From an uncultured Thermoplasmata archaeon (GTDB taxonomy: Archaea; Thermoplasmatota; Thermoplasmata; Lutacidiplasmatales; UBA184), in assembly GCA_963838955.1 (NCBI GenBank), contig CAWISZ010000003.1:341121-405120 (forward strand): DNA of 64,000 nt, in the 5' to 3' direction. A program made the position numbers and the translations under genes. The notes beneath the pieces are model-generated. The model made no database searches. It was not told the origin of the DNA and saw only the letters and a program-made list of their open reading frames with translations. The stretch's first letter is position 1; each line of letters opens with the position of its first letter. This document shows positions 59,360 through 64,000 of this stretch, one piece after another.

Positions 59360-60489
59360 GGACGAGCGGCTACGACATCGTCGTGCTTCCCGGGGACGGC
59401 ACCGGCCCCGAGGTCATCGCGCAGGGTCGACGCGTGCTGGACGCGCTCGCGGAGACCGGCGCGCCGAAGTGGACCATCACCGAGTACCCCGGTGGGGCCC
59501 AGTACTACCAGCGGACCGGGCGGGAGTGGGAGCCCGAGGCCGAGGCGGCGGCCCACGCGGCGGACGCGATCCTCCTCGGAGCGGTCGGATGGCCGGGGGT
59601 CTCGTTGCCGAACGGCGACATCGCGGGCGCGGCGCTCGTGCTGGGTCTACGCTCGCGGCTCGATCTGTACGCGAACGTACGGCCTTGTCGGCTCTACCCG
59701 GGGGTCACCCACCGGATCAGCGGTGAGTACCGCACCGTCTGGTCCCCGGCAAAGGTCGACATGCTCATCCTGCGGGAGAACACCGAGGATCTCTACGCGC
59801 CCTTCCACGGCCGTCTCGCACGGGGCGGAGAGACCGAACTGACGATCGACTCTCGCGTGATCACGCGCAAGGGCTCCGAGCGGATCGTTCGACGGGCCTT
59901 CGAGGCCGCTCAGAGGCGCGACCGGGGCGCTCCCGAGGACGGCGCGCGACGCGTCACGTGCGTGGACAAATCGAACGTGATGGAGGGGTGCCGATTCTTC
60001 CGCGAGACCTACGACCGTGTTGCGACCGAATTCCCGGCGATCGGTCGGGACTACGCGTACGTCGACGCCTTCACCCAGTGGCTGGTGCGGAACCCCGAAC
60101 ACTTCGACGTGGTCGTCTCGACGAACATGATGGGGGACATCATCACGGATCTCGCCTCGGTCCTCCAAGGGGGCATGGGGTTCGCCGCCGGAGGGAACAT
60201 CGGCGATGAGCATGCGATGTTCGAACCCGTCCACGGAAGCTCGCCGAAGCACGCGGGGAAGAACCAGGTCAATCCATTCGCGACGTTCTTCGCGGTCGAG
60301 ATGATGCTCCGCTGGCTCGCCGACCGGAACAGCGACCGCGCGCTCACGGCCCAAGCGGATCGCCTCGAGCGAGCGATCGCCGGCGTCCTAGCGGGCGGGA
60401 CCGCGCGCACGTACGATCAGGGCGGCACGGCCACTACCTCCGACGCGGGGGACCGGGTGGTCGAGGCGCTACGAGGAGAGCGACGATGA
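59355..60489 (+). CDS. 3-isopropylmalate/homoisocitrate dehydrogenase
   Basis: 378 aa from the ATG at 59355, …LILRENTEDLY…NMMGDIITDLASVLQGGMGFAAGGNIG…. Confidence 0.8.
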
Positions 60490-61666
60490 GCCGGCGCGCG
60501 GCGATCGTGGGGGGTACGACGACGCCCTTCGGGGTACGCCCCACGACGTGGTCGGAACTCGCCCAGGAGGTCGGGGCCGCGCTCTTCCGAGCGGTGCCGG
60601 CGCTGCGCGCGGAGGATGTCGATTCGTTGTTCGTGGGCTCGGCCGAGCCCGAGCGCTTCGCGTTCCAATCGCACGTGGCGCCGCTCGCCGCTGAACAGAT
60701 GGGACTTCGACCGCATCGCATCCTGCAGCGTACCGAGCTCGCCTGCGCGTCGGGCCAATCGGCGATCCGCTCTGCCTACGCCGCGATCGCGTCGGGCCTG
60801 TCGGATGTCGCGGTCGCGGTCGGTGTGGAGAAGATGAACCTGCCGTCGATGGCCGAGGCGAACACCTCGATGGCGTGCGTGATGGACCGGGCGTGGGACG
60901 GACCCCACGGCGCGACGGCACCGCCGTTCTTCGCGATGGTCGCCCAGCGCCACATCCTCGAATACGGAACGACGCCGGAGGCATTGGCTCGAGTTTCTGA
61001 GAAGAACCACCGGTTCGCGAACACCAACCCGACCGCGCAGTTCTACGCCAAGACGTTCTCTTCCGAGAAGCTGCTCGGCCTACCGGTGGTCGCGCCCCCG
61101 CTCCGGCTCGGGGATTGTTCGTCAATGACGGACGGCGCGGCCGCGGTCGTCGTCGCCGGGGAGGAGTTCGTTCGACGCTACACCGACCGTCCGGCCTGGA
61201 TCCGGGCACCGGTCAGTACTCCGACTTCCACAACCTCGCCCACGCGGGCTCGCTGACGAAGTGGCCGGGACTGACGCGAGCCGCCGGCGAAGCGCTCGGC
61301 CAGGCGAGGCTCACGATCCAAGACATCGATTTTGCCGAGATCCACGACTGCTTCACGATCTCCGAGATCGTCGAGTACGAAGCGCTCGGACTCTGCCGGC
61401 CGGGAGAGGGGGGAACGTTCGCGCTCGAAGGACGGAGCGATCTGGGCGGAGAGATCGTGATCAACCCACGCGGTGGGTTGCTCGGGTGCGGCCACCCGCT
61501 CGGGGCGACGGGAATCGCCCAAGCCGTCGAGGTCTTCCAGCAGTTCGCGGGCGCCGTCCCGGCCGCACGCCAGGTGCCCGATCCTCGCTTCGCGCTCGTC
61601 CACAACCTCTCCGGCAGCGCCAACGTCCACTCGGTGATGGTCTACGAAGGGGGAGGTCGACCGTGA
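60486..61666 (+). CDS. SCP-x-type thiolase-like protein, interrupted by a 1-nt frameshift near 61205
   Basis: The N-terminal 240 aa lie in frame 1 (…TELACASGQSAIRSA…). The C-terminal 150 aa lie in frame 2 (…GTGQYSDFHNLAH…LLGCGHPLGATGIAQ…). They join at the conserved RPAWI(R)GTGQ motif inside a G-run. Confidence 0.7.
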
Positions 61667-62193
61667 GCGAGCCCGAGCCCGCCGCCCGTCGGCGTCCCCG
61701 GACCGCCGCGGTCGCCCCCACGCCGGCCGCGGCGGTCGGTGCGCGGCCGAAGGTGGTCCTGGCCCCCCCGACGCCCTTCCTTCTGGACTTCTTCCCGTTG
61801 CAAGGCGCGGGACAGACCCGGCTCTCGCGCTTCTACGACCGCCTCAAAGAAGGCCGTGTCTCGACGACGCGCTGTCCCCGGGACGGCGAGGTCCACTGGC
61901 CGCCGCGCGTTGCTTGCCCCATCTGCCACAGCGAGGAGCTCGACTGGATCGACCTGCCCGAGCACGGACGGATCTATGCCTTCAGCGCCGTGCTCGGCGG
62001 AGCGCCCCTCGGGATGGAAGCCGACGTCCCGTTCGCCGTCGGGTTGGTGGACCTCACCGGCTCGAGCCTCCGTCTCTTCGGCCGAATCGAGGGTCGACCG
62101 TGGAGCGCCCTGAAGATCGGCGATGAGGTCCGGCTCGAAGCGTACCCGCTGGCCGACGGGCGATCGTTCTACCGGTTCCGCGCGGTCGGCTAG
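61663..62193 (+). CDS. DUF35 Zn-ribbon/OB-fold protein (thiolase partner)
   Basis: A GTG at 61663 (GTGA overlap with the thiolase stop). …CPRDGEVHWPPRVACPICHSEE… zinc ribbon followed by an OB fold. Confidence 0.7.
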   Translation: MSEPEPAARRRPRTAAVAPTPAAAVGARPKVVLAPPTPFLLDFFPLQGAGQTRLSRFYDRLKEGRVSTTRCPRDGEVHWPPRVACPICHSEELDWIDLPEHGRIYAFSAVLGGAPLGMEADVPFAVGLVDLTGSSLRLFGRIEGRPWSALKIGDEVRLEAYPLADGRSFYRFRAVG

Positions 62194-62265
62194 CCCCGGG
62201 CGGCGTACGGTCGCCGCGCGCGCCGCTATTGACGAGGCTGAGGCGGCTTTGTAGTTCAATCTCCG

Positions 62266-62305
62266 GCGTGTCGCTCAATCGTTTCGCGTGTCGTTTAATC
62301 GTCTC
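62266..62305. repeat. Two tandem 20-nt imperfect direct repeats (GCGTGTCGCTCAATCGTTTC / GCGTGTCGTTTAATCGTCTC)
   Basis: Read directly from the sequence, 16 of 20 identical, at the GC-content transition about 95 nt upstream of the DUF3800 start. Confidence 0.6.
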
Positions 62306-62398
62306 GGATCGAGGAGGGTGGGTTCATCTTCGGTTGGTGCTTCAGATGCCGGGTGGCCATTCGGGGGCTCAAGCTCCGTGACCCTGCTCGGTGTAGAG

Positions 62399-63244
62399 AT
62401 GACCTTCCTCTGTTTGATGGACGAATCTGGACGACAGGTATCTCCAAATCGCTGGTTTGTATACGGCGGACTTGCAGTGGAAGGTTCCCAGATACATGAA
62501 CTTCACAGGGACCTGTGGCGAATTCGGCGCCAGGCGCACTTTTCGCGCGACGTTGCATTAAAGTGGCAGGCGCCGCCCCGAAAGGGCAGAGGAAGCGTGA
62601 AGAAAGGTGCCCACCTACTAGCGGTGGATGCGGTACTAGATGCATGCGTGGATCGACACGCAAAGCTGCTCCTCGTGATGACTCCGGCGGGAGTGACTGT
62701 TAACACTCAGGCCAACAACGACTCAATCAAAATCGGTATGAGCTACATCCTTGGCGCCTTGCAGCGGTTTTTTCTGGCCAAGAATGAGTACGGGATCGTC
62801 CTAACGGACAATCCACCAGGCTCTGGCAAGTTGGGTCCCGTTGAGGATGTCCTCCTCGCTGGCGTCCCAAGGGGAGTCGGCGGGTCACTACGCAGACGCT
62901 ACTACGACCGTTTGATATGCACTGGAGTGACCTCAATTCGATCTTCGCGCCTCATCTCGGCCATTGACATTCCCCTTGGAGCCTTCGCGTTTTGTCTAAA
63001 CTTCGGAGGCGTGCACCCGGTCAGGGCGCGAGCCCTTTACAACCGCCTCCGACCGATTCTGCACCGTGAACGACCAGGGCGCTACCAAAATCCATGGGGT
63101 TACGGATTGAGGGTCCGGCCCCAACGTTTCAAGGAGAGAGCGTACTTCAATTTCGCAAACAGTGGCATAGACATGCTTGTCTCGCTAGGGGAGTACCCAC
63201 CCGCAGCCTACCATCGACCTGTCCTAGCGCGAGCGGTATTCTAG
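62399..63244 (+). CDS. DUF3800-family protein
   Basis: From the ATG at 62399: MTFLCLMDESGRQVSPNRWFVYGGLAV… (N-terminal DESG motif), …ALKWQAPP…, …IVLTDNPPGSG…, …SIRSSRLISAIDIPLGAFAFCLN… This matches the DUF3800 motif order as I recall it. Confidence 0.55.
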   Translation: MTFLCLMDESGRQVSPNRWFVYGGLAVEGSQIHELHRDLWRIRRQAHFSRDVALKWQAPPRKGRGSVKKGAHLLAVDAVLDACVDRHAKLLLVMTPAGVTVNTQANNDSIKIGMSYILGALQRFFLAKNEYGIVLTDNPPGSGKLGPVEDVLLAGVPRGVGGSLRRRYYDRLICTGVTSIRSSRLISAIDIPLGAFAFCLNFGGVHPVRARALYNRLRPILHRERPGRYQNPWGYGLRVRPQRFKERAYFNFANSGIDMLVSLGEYPPAAYHRPVLARAVF

Positions 63245-63334
63245 TTCGGGATAAGCTCAATTCGAGATGCTCATCCTCCGGTTGAGGCGCGCACCGCTTC
63301 AGGCGTTCGTGCTACCCGGTTCGAAACAGCCCCA

Positions 63335-63463
63335 TTAAGGGCAAGATCCGGCAATTGGACATCCGGACAAACCTACGGCAGATGGCGAGATGAACGCGAC
63401 CACGGCCATTATGATGACCGCGATTACGATGATTACGATGGCGGCTTTCGTGGTTGGGTTCAT
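63335..63463 (-). CDS. 42-aa hydrophobic peptide with a Cys-rich tail (small membrane protein or toxin-like)
   Basis: Hand translation gives MNPTTKAAIVIIVIAVIIMAVVAFISPSAVGLSGCPIAGSCP*. GAGGAA lies about 14 nt upstream, and an AAGATATA TATA-like box lies about 60 nt upstream on the minus strand. Confidence 0.25.
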   Translation of the reverse strand: MNPTTKAAIVIIVIAVIIMAVVAFISPSAVGLSGCPIAGSCP

Positions 63464-63595
63464 ATTCTGGACCGTTCCTCGGCAGTCCAATCAGACGCCC
63501 TGCGGTATATCTTAGCTTCCCCAAAAGTGCGCTATCCGCGAGTTCTTGAGTACTTTAGTCCGGTTGGAACCTTACGGCCACGCCTTCTTCTAAAC

Positions 63596-63841
63596 TCATT
63601 GCGGAAGAGAGACTTCCACGGTGACACCCGTGTTAGTCTTGAATTCTGCCTGAGACAGGACACCCGTGGTAATGAGCCAGCCGGCTGGTTGCCTCAGGAG
63701 CGTGACGCGCGACCCCTCATGGAGGTCATACTCCGTGCACATCGCCTCCGGCAGGGTGATTCTTCGACCGCTGATCACCTTTACCGAGGTGATGGCGTTG
63801 ACCGATCCGGAACTGGTTTCAGACTCCTTTTTCGACGACAT
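63596..63841 (-). CDS. AbrB/SpoVT (swapped-hairpin) family DNA-binding protein, antitoxin-like
   Basis: …VKVISGRRITLPEAMCTEYDLHEGSRVTLLRQPAGWLITT… matches the AbrB/MazE-type motif. GGAAGG ribosome-binding site upstream of the ATG. Confidence 0.5.
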   Translation of the reverse strand: MSSKKESETSSGSVNAITSVKVISGRRITLPEAMCTEYDLHEGSRVTLLRQPAGWLITTGVLSQAEFKTNTGVTVEVSLPQ

Positions 63842-64000
63842 CGACGGACCTTCCGAGCAGGGCTACAGTCTACGTCCCATTAAAACCGGCGGTCGAGTGG
63901 GTTCGAACCGTACGACCCGGTTCATATAAATACACTTCTAGCCTTCGAGCGTAAACTGATACGTCAGCATACTTGATATGGCAATGCCGACCTCTCGTCT

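Larger units (their letters stand above)
62245..64000. other. Low-GC (about 50%) segment, probably horizontally acquired or a mobile island; it runs off the window end
   Basis: Composition changes abruptly after the DUF35 stop, and codon usage in the DUF3800 gene is AT-shifted. The segment also holds tandem repeats at its boundary, a DUF3800 gene and an AbrB-like gene. Confidence 0.45.

Noticed and set aside
63890-63915. tRNA-like T-arm palindrome GGGTTCGAACC near the window end, as a possible tRNA-derived att site.
   Set aside because: I could not build a T-stem or acceptor stem around it on either strand. It is more likely part of the short terminal motifs noted in the findings.

Overview
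This is an archaeal chromosomal segment of about 67% GC with Arg-rich, non-halophilic-looking proteins. Ribosomal proteins L19e, L32e and S4e, the RNase P protein Rpp29, and the ADH-synthase/DHQ-synthase-II aromatic pathway point to a euryarchaeal-type lineage, possibly a MAG. All gene calls are by eye from the six-frame track, with no database search.

- **1-10265, minus strand:** canonical archaeal ribosomal-protein operon (L3-L4-L23-L2-S19-L22-S3-L29-Rpp29-S17-L14-L24-S4e-L5-S14-S8-L6-L32e-L19e-L18). The S4e gene is frameshifted and L24 carries a roughly 150-aa disordered tail.
- **10984-14368:** ilvA, a DUF2203 protein, a zinc-ribbon membrane protein and a DUF99 protein.
- **14394-14501:** an intron-containing tRNA-Arg(TCT), with the intron at the non-canonical T-loop position 59/60.
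- **14527-22896, minus strand:** GT4 glycosyltransferase, DUF835 protein, DUF35 protein, thiolase, HMG-CoA synthase and an XRE-family HTH regulator (the mevalonate-pathway entry complex), then an MMPL/RND transporter.
- **23063-27539:** amidase, a class-V aminotransferase (cysteine-desulfurase-like) and an M20 amidohydrolase.
- **27585-42781, minus strand:** a 15-gene, tightly overlapping aromatic super-operon: ADH synthase, DHQ synthase II, a fused aroD-aroE, GHMP-type shikimate kinase, aroA, aroC, asd, aspartate kinase and trpEGDCFBA.
- **44013-62193:** solitary dnaK, citrate synthase, Sm-like protein, RbkR (HTH fused to CTP-dependent riboflavin kinase), a radical-SAM-like protein, NadE, a TPD-domain protein, HisRS, TiaS, 2-oxoacid:ferredoxin oxidoreductase alpha/beta, a leuA/leuC/leuD/leuB-like homocitrate-type cluster, and a second (frameshifted) thiolase with its DUF35 partner.
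- **From about 62245 to the window end:** GC drops to about 50% in a probable horizontally acquired island with tandem 20-nt repeats, a DUF3800 protein, a 42-aa hydrophobic peptide and an AbrB/SpoVT-like gene.
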